A stretch of 64,000 nt of DNA from the NCBI GenBank assembly GCA_032718475.1, contig JAUCBJ010008499.1, forward strand, positions 1 through 64,000, read 5' to 3'. A program made the translations under genes and the position numbers. The stretch comes from Nemertoderma westbladi. Taxonomy: Eukaryota; Animalia; Xenacoelomorpha. Below, in pieces: positions 12,214-23,302 of the stretch; the stretch's first letter is position 1; each line of letters starts with the position of its first letter. Below the pieces are notes generated by a model. That model had not been told where the DNA came from. It made no database searches and worked only from the letters and a program-made list of their open reading frames with translations.

Positions 12214-15200
12214 CCCGGTTCATAAAACTTTCTTAAATTACCAGTACATACAAATTACTTGGTCCCTCAATGTTGTCTTAACAGACTTACCAACGCTTAC
12301 TAGTTAGGAGCCTGCTTGACAGCGGGATACTTACTGTAAGAATCTCAGGGATACTTTCTGTAAAAATCTCAGGATACATTACACTGACTGACATACTGAC
12401 TGACATACTGACTGATAATTATCTAGGTTAAGGCACTTCCTGCCTGGCGATTTTGATGAAATTTTGCAAGTACATTACTTTGGTGGTTCATAATCGCGAT
12501 ACAAAATTTCAGATCGATTCTATGTGTGGTATTCGATATATTTAGTTTTTTGACATTGTTTTGTCGCGAAATTAAAAGCAATGGTAAAATAACAGCTGGT
12601 GTTCATGATGAAATATGGCTTAATATGTTATACACAGTCATAGAAAAACGTGTTGGTTGCCAAGTTTTACTAGTAGGCTATAAGGAAAGGCAATGTTTAC
12701 TCACACATAAGCTGTTGGTTTCTAATGTATTACCCCATAAGCTGATTGCTCTCCCAGTGCTTCCTAAGGGTATATCTACAATAAGGTTACTCACTCTGCT
12801 ATGTTAGGGGGTGGATCAGGAGAATGAATTTTAGTTACACAAAGCAGTGTGTTGTGTCCTATTGCAGTCGATACTCACTGTGGATTGCAAAATGTTTTAT
12901 AGTTGACCTACACTATAATACAGTAGTTGCATGTATTTAAGGAGCCCGCTCTGGCCTACCGCCTAAGGAGTACCTATATTACACATTCACATAGAATTCA
13001 CTGGGAAGAGATATTCCGCTTGACGACGGGGTAATACCTATAGAAGGAAACTAAATTTGTTATTTGGCTCTATTCGTTGTTATTTATCTAGTTGTGCATC
13101 ATGGGCATTTTTTATAAATATTCGGTAATCGCATCTTATATCTTGTAAACGTTCTTGATAATGAAATTATTTGCTTCATATTATATTTTTGTTAGTGGTA
13201 GCTAAGTTGCATTTTTTATTATGTGGGGCCAGCCACAAAGTCAGCTAGCCTCACGCCTTGCAGTTTAGACAATTTTAGTTTACTTACTGCTGACTGACAT
13301 AGTTCTTTGTAATAGTCTTGGCTAGGATTTTTCCCCCGGGCTCCTTCCAGCCAGCTTGCTGGCTTTCTAGTTTTAATTACACTCCTATTAAGTTTAATAA
13401 AATGATTAGTGGTTGGAGGTGATTAGAGGTAAATTTGTCAAGAACATTACTAGATAATTTAACAAATATCTCAAGTTTTAGGTTATAAGTACATTTGTTA
13501 TTTTCTTTGCTAAATTTGACAAAACTATATTGTTGCATCACATTCATGAATCATCACATAGCAGTAACCAATCACGAATGAGATCTTGAGATACCTTGAT
13601 ATACTGTATAAGCCGGTTGATGTGCTACAGTATAATAATAGGCTTACTGTAATAGGCTAATACACAATACAGTAATACTACTACAACAGTCTGACAGTAG
13701 GCCTACATCAGTACAATATAGCATAGGCACACAGTAAAATATATAAAAATAGAATTTTAATGAATAAAAAAAATTATTAATATATTTATTTTTCAAAAAC
13801 TGAATGAACAGAAGCTGTATTAATATTTGGTGATACCGGTACTTTTTTTATTGATATATTTCTGATGGATGTGTAATTAATTATGAGCGGAAGGAAAAGG
13901 GCATATATTCGAAAGTCAAAACTATCCCGTTCTAAGCAACTGAAGTATCTAAAGACTAAAAAACGTAGAGTTCCACAGTATTCCTCTTCTTCCCTTTCGA
14001 CAAGCATTGGTAGTACTGACTCCTCTGGCAGATTGAATACTTCAGGAACTGGGTCTGGTAGACCCACAGAGCTATAGAATATCCAAATTGGAGGCAACGA
14101 TTCGTATTCCGCCTTTGATAATTACATATCCACTTTCCATGGAAACAATCCCCTTACTTCATCACCAATCCCTTTTGATGAATCAACCTAAGATATTGCA
14201 CTCGATGATAGCAGTTTTACTAACAGTGAACTCGATGACAAACTCTATAGTGGTTCTAAAATAACGGTAGAGTGTTTTCGATTACGATTTCTTCGTAATA
14301 AGTTGATCTTACACAAAAATTGTAAATCATCAGATAAAGTTTATGTATTGGGTAAATTAACCCTACCCACATGTATACCATCATCATCAGAACTGTATGG
14401 TATTGATTGTGCTGATATCTATAAACTAAGTTTCCGTATTTGTGTTAATGGCCGAGTCTTTCATTCATATCACTACCCACGTAAATTGAACTCCAAATCA
14501 TATTTGGCATATATTAAAAGTAATGATGGTGATTTGTGTTTTTAAATATTATTGACTACATTATTGTACATTATAAGAATACAAGAATGTGCTGCCTCTG
14601 TTCTTCTTTTATTGGAGCATCGCTGCTTGAACATTTTGACTTTTCGTGTGTCCCAAATGATATAGAACATATTCTGAAAAGGAATTCACGTTTTTTTTTG
14701 TTATCCAAATCTCGTAAACTTATAGTAGAATGTGATAAACTAATTAACTTCTTTATTGGGTTCTCTCATCAAAGGAAATATTTTGATGTTCCCTGTATAA
14801 ATGATAAAGAACATGATTGAGAATTGTCTTTTTTGACTGTCAAAACGTATCTCCCTTATTTGTTCTTCAGATTGTTGCATAAAACTGTGTCATTGGTTGA
14901 TTATTATTGGTGTTGAGTATTATATGGAGAAATTACACCTGCTTCAACATATATGTACCTATGCATCAGAATTAGATCCTACGAAGTTTAGTAGCATGAC
15001 TTGGAAGTTATTGTTTTAAACTTGGATGAGACTTACTTAGAAATTGAAATAATTTAGCAAATTTGACACGCACGTATTATAAACTTCTAAGATATATCAA
15101 ATTTGCAAGGTAATTCTTTAATCCAGGCAAACTTGTTAATTCCAACTTTTAAACTTAGCATTGCTTACAAAAGCTGACGACATTTTTTCTCAATCGACTT

Positions 15201-15240
15201 ATCAAGCATTTTACAAGTTAGCAAAGTTTTCTGATCCGGG
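12214..15240 (+). mobile_element. EnSpm/CACTA-like DNA transposon, internally deleted
   Basis: Imperfect TIR: cccggttcataaaacttt vs cccggatcagaaaacttt (reverse complement of the right end); tt on both sides (2-bp TSD); internal ORF pieces resemble an animal EnSpm transposase C-terminus. Confidence 0.65.
13883..14820 (+). pseudogene. Decayed EnSpm-type transposase remnant (putative N-terminal piece followed by C-terminal region)
   Basis: Fragments FRICVNGRVFHSYHYPRKLNS and terminal ...PCINDKEHD* resemble the R..I.G..FHS..Y.R and PN..E.D* motifs of animal EnSpm transposases; stop and frameshifts; catalytic core not seen. Confidence 0.45.
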
Positions 15241-15716
15241 TTCATTTCATTTGTGCACGCACGGTCAAGCCGGCATTTAATAATATCATCAATATAAATA
15301 AAAAATCGTTAAAAATACTATGCACATAAATGTAGCTACTATTTATAGAACAATAATTGTTGTAGAGTATCACAACACACAAGATTCAAAATACACACTT
15401 AAATTTAAATGGTACAGTACCAACCACAACCAATAAAATTGGCATAGGTGCAATAAACAATTGTTAAATATTATATATTTGAAAGTTGTGTTGCCATTTG
15501 TAGTGAAGCAATAGTGCAATTTAACAAGTAGAAATAGGGTGTCTTATCAAAAAAAAATAATCCATAACAATATTCGTAATAAAAAAAACTATAGTAGGGC
15601 TATTAAAAATTAAATTGAAATAAAATTAGACTCGATTAAAATATCGTAAAATCCTGACATGTTTTCCAGAGAAAGTGATATCAACAAGGTCATAAGTCAT
15701 TCTGATAACCTCTAGA

Positions 15717-16920
15717 CTAGATGTCCTCTATGAGTGGTGTCCCCATTTCCAGTCGAGACATGAGAGATTTAAAATGATATCTAAAGTTCAATAGAGATTT
15801 AGTTGTGGGTAACATGGTACCGCAGACCCGGAGTGTACTACCAATGCCACTATACTTTACACCATTGTCATTTAAACACAAAGCTACTCTCAAGGCCGAT
15901 TGAAGTCTTGTGTTGGGACAGTTCTTTATTGTAAAGAGTAATCCCACAGTGGCCCGAATGGATTCCAGTGACAATGGTCGCACCCCCATAAGGTCATAGA
16001 TTGCGGAGTTACTAACATAGCCGCCGACATGCAATAAGTTTCTGAGGACACGCCGATGCAAGGCATTAATGGACTCCCGTTCAGAACTACATAGAAATCG
16101 AGCCCATTACAAGGCGGGTAAAGAAGAATAGCCGAGGTTCAGCCACAGACCTCCAGAGTGTAAGCTATGGTATCTATGCTATACCACCTTGTTGTCCAAC
16201 CCTTCCTATAAAATAAACTTGAGAGGAGTAACAGTTCTTGGTGAATTTCGCAAACAATATCATTTTCTGAGCCAACGATTTTTACCCCAAGAAAGGTCAT
16301 GTGTCGACCCCGCATAATATTGCAGCCGTTGATTCTTATGCTGCTGTGAATGTCGATACCCATCGTTTCGGCTTTAGGCTCCCGAACGATCCAACAGGTT
16401 TTGGAATCTTCAATAATGTCCAAGGAAATATTATTTGCACCCACATTAATCCGATCTGAAACAATTTGTAGATCTTTCTCTGAGGAACATCACATGAACA
16501 TCTGCATAATTAATTACACCAAGCCACAGGCCCGCAATGATAGAACCCAATCCTACTGTAGTTCTTCCAAATCAGTCATTATTTCCATTGTATAGATATT
16601 GAAAAATAAAGGAGATAGAACTGATCCTTGTTTCACACCATTATGGACACGAAAACCAGTAACATCAACACTCGGTCAAAATTTACAATAGAACATACTC
16701 TGACTGTACAGTAGTAGCTTATAATCAATAATAGCAAAGCCGAACTAAGATCCAGTTTGCAAAGGAATACTTTGAATAATACTCTAAGAGTCTCAAGAAC
16801 AAGTGCAACAATCATGTCCGTTCCTATACGTTTCTTGTAGGTAAACTGTAGGCTATTTATAGGAAATAGTTTGTAGTTCATCATTATATCTTCCTTGACA
16901 AGAGCCTCAAAGATTTTGCA
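15717..16920 (-). pseudogene. Decayed non-LTR (LINE) reverse transcriptase fragment
   Basis: Minus-strand KIFE, QFTY...GT, CKLDLSSA, GVKQGSVLSPLFFNI (around 16611-16639), YADV at 16497-16508 (degenerate YADD) and FLGVKI; several frameshifts. Confidence 0.8.
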
Positions 16921-16992
16921 ATAAAGTAAATTTTCTTTGGCCACTAGGCCAGGGATTACGCACAAAGTCTGACGACTTATTTCCAGTGCGGT

Positions 16993-17259
16993 TGTTAGAT
17001 TATGTATTGTTAGGGCTCTAGTAGACCCTGGCTTGGTGGTGGTTAGATCCAACCTACTGGTCTTTTAGCTACCGGTCCTCTTCTGGTATTCCAGTATTCA
17101 GTCTTTCCTATCTTCTAGGTCTGTAGGTACAGTTACCGTTACCGGTACCTACTGTACTGCTGTACTGATGTGCTGTAAGGTGGTGGGTGTGTTCGTTGGT
17201 TCATATTATTGTTTGATATGCTGTTCTGTATGTCGACCATTACAGTCCCAATCCCAATA
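16993..17259 (+). repeat. 5' LTR (3' end altered)
   Basis: Matches the 3' LTR from tgttagattatg to gtcgaccatta apart from short duplications; then cagtccca replaces ~34 nt before the terminal atcccaata. Confidence 0.9.
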
Positions 17260-17595
17260 AACATTAACTTGGTTGTTTTGGCGGCCAAAATGACCAAAAT
17301 CACCAAAAAAATGTAGTGTATTCCTATGGGCTACTTGGTCGTTTTGGCGAAGCGATTTAACTCGAATCAGTCAAGTCCAGACAGCCCGTCTCCTTGGACA
17401 TCCATTTGGTGGATCTGACTAAATGCAGAAATGTCGGCTCGCTTTCATTTTTATGATTGACAGATTGTTAACTTACCCGGCGCTGAGCCTTGCAGTACTG
17501 GAATCCACCCACTGAGGCATTGATAGAGTACACAGTCTTTTAAAAGGAGTTGAATGGGGCTTCGTTAAAGGAGGAGTATGTATAATAATCTGAAT

Positions 17596-17852
17596 GTCCC
17601 GAAATTAACTATATGGACGTCCCGAAATTAACTTATGGACGTCCCGAAATTAACTTATGGACGTCCCGAAATTAATTTATGGACGTCCCGAAATTAACTT
17701 ATGGACGTCCCGAAATTAACTTATGGACGTCCCGAAATTAACTTATGGACGTCCCGAAATTAATTTATGGACGTTCCGAAATTAATCTATCAACCAATCT
17801 GAATCGTAATGAAATAACTAATTAATGGACGTCCATAAATTAATTTCGGGAT
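17596..17852 (+). repeat. 22-bp minisatellite (gtcccgaaattaacttatggac, ~8 copies) followed by an inverted copy
   Basis: Tandem copies at 17596-~17785; inverted gtccataaattaatttcggga at ~17831. Confidence 0.9.
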
Positions 17853-17943
17853 GTTAATTTCGGAAATTAATTTCAATAATATTTTTTTTACAATAAAAAT
17901 TTTTTTAATATTTTTTTACAATGTATAATTCGCGGACACTGCG

Positions 17944-18357
17944 GGGTAACTACAAAACAAAGACCCAATTATAAAGACCTGCATAATCTTGTTACATGTG
18001 TTAACTTTCATTAATTGTTTTGAATCCCCCGTCAGCCGTCACGCCTCTGTAACTTGCTCCTTTACTAACCTGCTCCTTTAAATAGCAATGGTACATAACG
18101 CTCATTGTGACCTGTACAAAACAAAAAGGTAAAGTCGCGTTACGTCCCAAAGAGCGTTAGGTTCCAAAGAGCTTTAGTTCCCATTGCCAGAGAGCGTGAG
18201 GTCAGTCACATTGCCATTTTAAGGAGCAGGTTAGTAAAGAAGCAGGTTACAGAGGCATGTTGGGGAACCTAAACAATAAACGAAAGTTAACACCTGTGTT
18301 TTGTATTTGTACAGGTCTTTATTATTTGGGTCGTTGGTCTTTGTTTTGTAGTCACCC
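17944..18357. mobile_element. Mutator-like MITE (414 bp) nested in the Gypsy 5' region
   Basis: Long imperfect TIRs gggtaactacaaaacaaagacc / ggtctttgttttgtagtcaccc; 9-bp TSD gacactgcg at 17935-17943 and 18358-18366. Confidence 0.9.
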
Positions 18358-19412
18358 GACACTGCGGTGTTGCGTGGGGGCCACCACCAATCCACCCACA
18401 CTCAACTCCCAACTTCCTGGACACTAGGATACTGAGTAAAAGCGTCTGAAACTACTACAGGAACTCCATGACAGACTATGGGCTAGCGACTAGGGACTGG
18501 CGCCCTTGAACATGTAAACTGTAGTACCTACTGTACCATCTACCTTAAAGTGACCTGTGGGACCAGCCCATTATTAGTGAGGTCGGCATTTCTCTTTATC
18601 CTGCCGCTCTCTTTGTATTACAATAGCATACAGCTAACCAATGGCAATGGTCTACCCCCAGTGCGGGAAAGACAAGCTGGCTCCCATTGAAATGAATAGG
18701 GGAAGGATAATATGGTGTGTTCGTGTTCCCATCCTAATGTCTGTCGTCTTGGTTCAGCTAAGCTTAAACAATAGATCTTTACCTAAATACACTTCCAGTG
18801 AGCCAAGCAGTAGTGGCGGGTTAGCTCCAAAATGCCCATGTAGGATTTCTTCGAAAAAGGACCAATTGGTTGAGTTACGAGTTACAGTGAAAAAGTATTC
18901 ATGATTAGATTTTGCTTTGAACAGGAGAAACAGATGGAATATATAGGCATTATTCTACCGGTCGCCTCTACTGATTCTGATCTAGGCCTAGCTACCTACC
19001 TATACTTCTGGTGGTGTACCGGTACCTACTCCAGTACTCTTCTAAACTAAGCCCTTGGGACGGACAGTGGAGTGACTCGCGCTGGTTATCGTTGTCGTTG
19101 TGTAGCTACTACGTTGGCGAAAAACACAGCGACGACGGTAGCCTACATCGGCGCTGAGGACCTTGCGCTGTCCGGGGGCCGTGAGGGGTAGGCAGCGACG
19201 CCCGCTAGCCTAATTATAACTACCGGTACCTATTCAATTCACATTCAGCAGTCAGGCGGTATTCCAGTCTGCCAGTATTCGATAACTACAGATTTTGGCT
19301 GATTTGCGTGCAAAAGTTTTGCACATTTTTGCAAAATTTTTTCTTTTTGGATTTTTCAAATTTTTTCGGATATTTAATTTCCTTAAATTTCTCTAATATT
19401 CAACAGTCAGAT

Positions 19413-22400
19413 ATGCCTACTAAAGCTGAACTCGAAACCGAACTGGAGGTTTTAAGAGAACAGTTCGCTGGTCGTGGTAATCCTGATCCAACCTCAGCTC
19501 TTCTACATGCTTTAGTTAAATCACAACGCGATTTGGCTGATTCTTTAGCACAATCCCAAGCCCAAAATGCCCATCAATTTCAACAATTACTTGGTCAACC
19601 ATATCAACCTCACCCAACCTGTAGTTCATCAGGCTGACTCAACCCCTCGTAATCTTCAAATTAAAGCACCAATTGCTTTAGAACCGGATTTCAGTTTAGC
19701 AAAATTTGAAACTTGGAAGTCGGTTTGGGCGGATTATTATTCTGCATTTCAGATGGATAGAATGGCTAGGGATAGGCAAATCTGTATTTTCAGGAGTTAC
19801 CTTTCTATAGGTATGCGCTCTACACTGGAACAAGTTATTGACATTCCTCCTGACACACATGATAATCCTTTAACAGTTCAGGTGTTAATAGATTGTATTC
19901 AAAGTTATTTTCGTGGTAAACGGAATATAGCCCTTGATTGTGTTCAGTTTGATAATAGGAAACAACGTCAAAGTGAAAATTTTGATAGCTACCTGGTTGC
20001 TATTAAAGATCTTGCTCGAGATGCTGATCTATGTCGTCATTGTTTCGATCGGCGGTTGACTACTCGAATTATGTCTGGTATTTCTTGCGAGGACACCAGA
20101 TCTAAACTTCTTGCATTTACTCCATTTCCATCGCTTGAAGATGCTGTAAATCTTTGTAGGTCTGAGGAATCAGCCCAAGCTGGAGTTCAGGATTTAAAAA
20201 ACCCTTCAATCAACCAAGCTTCTCGACAATCTCGTTTTCACAACAAAAAGCCTTATAATTCCAGGCACAACAATTCTTCTAAATCCAATTCCAGAAACAA
20301 TTCTTCAACTACTGGCCCTATAGTTGTTATGGTTGTGGTAAAACAGACCATAAACGCGCTGACTGTCCAGCAAGAAACAAAGATTGTTCTTATTGTGGCA
20401 AGGAAGGCCACTTTGCCAATGTTTGTCGGTCTAAACAAAATAATTCGAATTCATCTTCAAAACCTAAGACAAAACCCATTAGCCGCATCACCCTCAATTT
20501 GGTTGGAAGCCATAATCGACAAGCTCCGAAAGTATTTCTGAACTTCTGTCATATCGCAACAGGACATTTATTCGGTTCTCTCAAAGCAACTCCAGATACT
20601 GGTGCTGAGGCCACTGTTGCCGGCTTAGATTTTCTTCAGGCCCTTTCTATTGACAAAGAAAATTTACTTCCACCAGACCATGATTTTCTGCTGCTAATGG
20701 TAGTCTTCTTTCATGCATTGGTCTCCTCCACACCACAATTTCCTATGGTGAATATTCAACTGATGAGCTCATCTGCATTTGTGAAGAAGTCGATGGAATT
20801 CTTTTGGCATGGTATACTTGTCAAAACCTAGGAATTATTTCAAGTTCATATCCAGAACCAGTGGCAGAAATTCAGTCTGTTGCTTCTTCTAATTCTTCTA
20901 ATATGTCACCTATTGGTATTAAAAACTCAATTCCAACAACATCATTCAAGGTTGACTTCCATCTTTCTGATGAACCTTCGCCTTCAGAATGGGATACTGT
21001 TAAGCAGAAATTCATAAAGGCTTATTCTGATGTTTTTGACCAAGATGACAAACTTCGTCCAATGAATGGCCCACCCATGACCATTTCATTAAAAGATGAT
21101 GCCCAACCATATGCTATTCATACAGCCAGGCAACTTCCTTTAGCCATTAGAGACTGGGCTAAAGCTCGCTTAGAGAAAATGGTTGAACAAGGTATTATTT
21201 GTCCAGTTCTGGATAACGAACCAACTGATTGGGTCCATCCTTCCGATATCACTTCTGATATCACTTCCGATATCACTTCCGACATCACTTCTGATATCAC
21301 TTCCGATATCATTTCCGATATCACTTCCGATATCACTTCCGATATCACTTCTGATATCACTTCCGATATCACTTCCGATATCACTTCTGATATCACTTCC
21401 GATATCATTTCCGATATCACTTCCGATATCACTTCCGATATCACTTCCAATATCACTTCCGATATCACTTCTGATATCACTTCCGATATCATTTCCGATA
21501 TCACTTCCGATATCACTTCCGATATCACTTCCGATATCACTTCCGATATCGATTCGATTCCAGACGCACTTTCCCGTGCCCCTGTTTCGGATCCTACTCC
21601 AGAGGATATTCTTTGGGATACAGATGTCAATGACCATGTTTCCGCAGTCATTCGTCACGTGTCTACCTCAATTGTTGTCTCTGATGCTCCAAGTCATCTC
21701 AAGGATTCATATATTGAGTCTATCCGATCATCTGCAAAGGATGATATTTCTTACCTGGCTTTGGTGGATGCTGTTATTTCTGGATTTCCCTCAACATCCA
21801 CACAATGTTCTGTGCACATACGCCCATTCTGGAATGTGCGACATCAGTTATCTTGTGAAGATAATCTTCTTTTATTAGGTTCCCGGATTGTAATTCCATC
21901 TTCCCTCCGCAAGAATGTCCTGAAGCACCTTCATGATGCTCATCAGGGCATTGAACTTTCTAAGAGGAGAGCTAGGCAAACTGTATTCTGGCCTGGTATC
22001 AATATCGATATTACAAACATAGTCAATTCTTGTCCCCAGTGTCAACTTTATCAACCAAGTCTACCTAAAGAGTCTCTCCAAAGCGACCCTCATCCATGTC
22101 TTCCAATGGAGGATTGCTCTGCTGATCTTTTCTACTTCAGCACCTGGTCATACCTGGTTTATGTCGATAGATATTCTGGGTGGCCATGCGTTCATTCTTG
22201 GCGTGCTGATCCTTCCAGCTCTCAAGTTATTTCAGCTCTTCGAGGATGGTTCAAAGATTTCGGTATTCCAAAATGCCTTCGTTCTGATGGTGGTACACAA
22301 TTTAATTCAGCACGTTATCATGATTTCTTATCCGAATGGAATATCATCCCTGAGTATTCTACTCCTGAGTATCCTCAGTCTAATGGCCATGCAGAGGGGG

Positions 22401-22942
22401 CTGTAAAGGCCATGAAATCATTGATAAAAAAGTTAGATATCAAAGGAGATCTGAACTCTACTTGCTTTGTTCGTGGTTTGCTGGAATGGAGAAATACTCC
22501 TAAAGAACATGGTATGTCTCCAGCTCAACTGTTGTTCGGTAGATCCCTCCGTTCCACTATACCAGCTCATTCGTCCACACTGGCAGGTGATTCATTCCCT
22601 ATCCCTGGTCCTTCAACGTCTTCAGCAACTGAATCATATTATAATGATCATGCTCACGACTTAACCCCGATTCCTATTGGTTCCCGAGTTTGCATCCAGA
22701 GTGCACATTCCAAACTATGGAACAAATCTGGTATCGTCCTTTCCCATGGTACTAGGCGAGATTACAGGATTGAACTAGACAATGGTCGGGTGTATTGGAG
22801 AAATCGTCGTTATCTGCGTTCCATCCCAGAGGACTCTTCTCTTCGTGACATAACGCCTCAAAAACAGGTACAGTACGCTGATGATCTTCCCAGGCGCAGT
22901 TCGAGAACTCACAAGCAACCAGCAAGATTCGGAGTTCAATGA
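19413..22942 (+). pseudogene. Gypsy gag-pol polyprotein: gag with two CCHC knuckles, aspartic protease, RT/RNase H mostly deleted, integrase with HHCC and DDE motifs
   Basis: ATG at 19413; CYGCGKTDHKRADC and CSYCGKEGHFANVC from 20325; PDTGA; LHDAHQG...CPQC; ADLF, SDGG, SNGHAE; frameshifts near 19590, 20310 and 20690. Confidence 0.9.
21242..21550 (+). repeat. 12-bp minisatellite (tccgatatcact, 25 full units plus one partial) in frame within pol, encoding (SDIT)n
   Basis: Read directly; lies between ...EPTDWVHP and DSIPDALSR. Confidence 0.97.
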
Positions 22943-23007
22943 ACTGACCTATTGGTGGTGGTTGGATTTTTTTTTTTTTCAGTACAAATGTCTCCTACAT
23001 TGTTCTT

Positions 23008-23015
23008 GGGGGAGA
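23008..23015 (+). promoter_or_regulatory. Polypurine tract
   Basis: gggggaga immediately before the TG of the 3' LTR. Confidence 0.8.
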
Positions 23016-23302
23016 TGTTAGATTATGTATTGTTAGGGCTCTAGTAGACCCTGGCTTGGTGGTGGTTAGATCCAACCTACTGGTCTTTTAGCTACCGGTC
23101 CTCTTCTGGTATTCCAGTATTCAGTCTTTCCTATCTTCTAGGTCTGTAGGTACAGTTACCGGTACCTACTGTACTGATGTGCTGTAAGGTGGTGGGTGTG
23201 TTCGTTGGTCTGTTGGTTCATATTATTGTTTGATATGCTGTTCTGTATGTCGACCATTAATAAACTGATGCAGCTGGTATTCATTTATTTCCGATCCCAA
23301 TA
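23016..23302 (+). repeat. 3' LTR (287 bp, TG...TA ends, aataaa at ~23259)
   Basis: Direct repeat of 16993 onward; followed by TSD gcggt. Confidence 0.95.

Larger units (their letters stand above)
16993..23302 (+). mobile_element. Ty3/Gypsy LTR retrotransposon (Mag-like), non-autonomous
   Basis: Two near-identical LTRs; 5-bp TSD gcggt (16988-16992, 23303-23307); PPT before the 3' LTR; gag-PR-(RT start)-INT order. Confidence 0.95.

Noticed and set aside
18497-18515. tggcgccc... as a tRNA-Lys primer-binding site
   Set aside because: It lies 1.2 kb from the LTR and the match breaks after 8 nt
18780-18900. Minus-strand NWSFFEEILHGHFGANPP as a Myb/SANT-like (Harbinger ORF2) remnant
   Set aside because: Too short and degenerate to support without a search
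21118-21878. Alternative-frame ORFs (ISEV)n, (SDIG)n and (PISL)n
   Set aside because: A stop-free 12-bp repeat is open in several frames; no independent evidence of coding function
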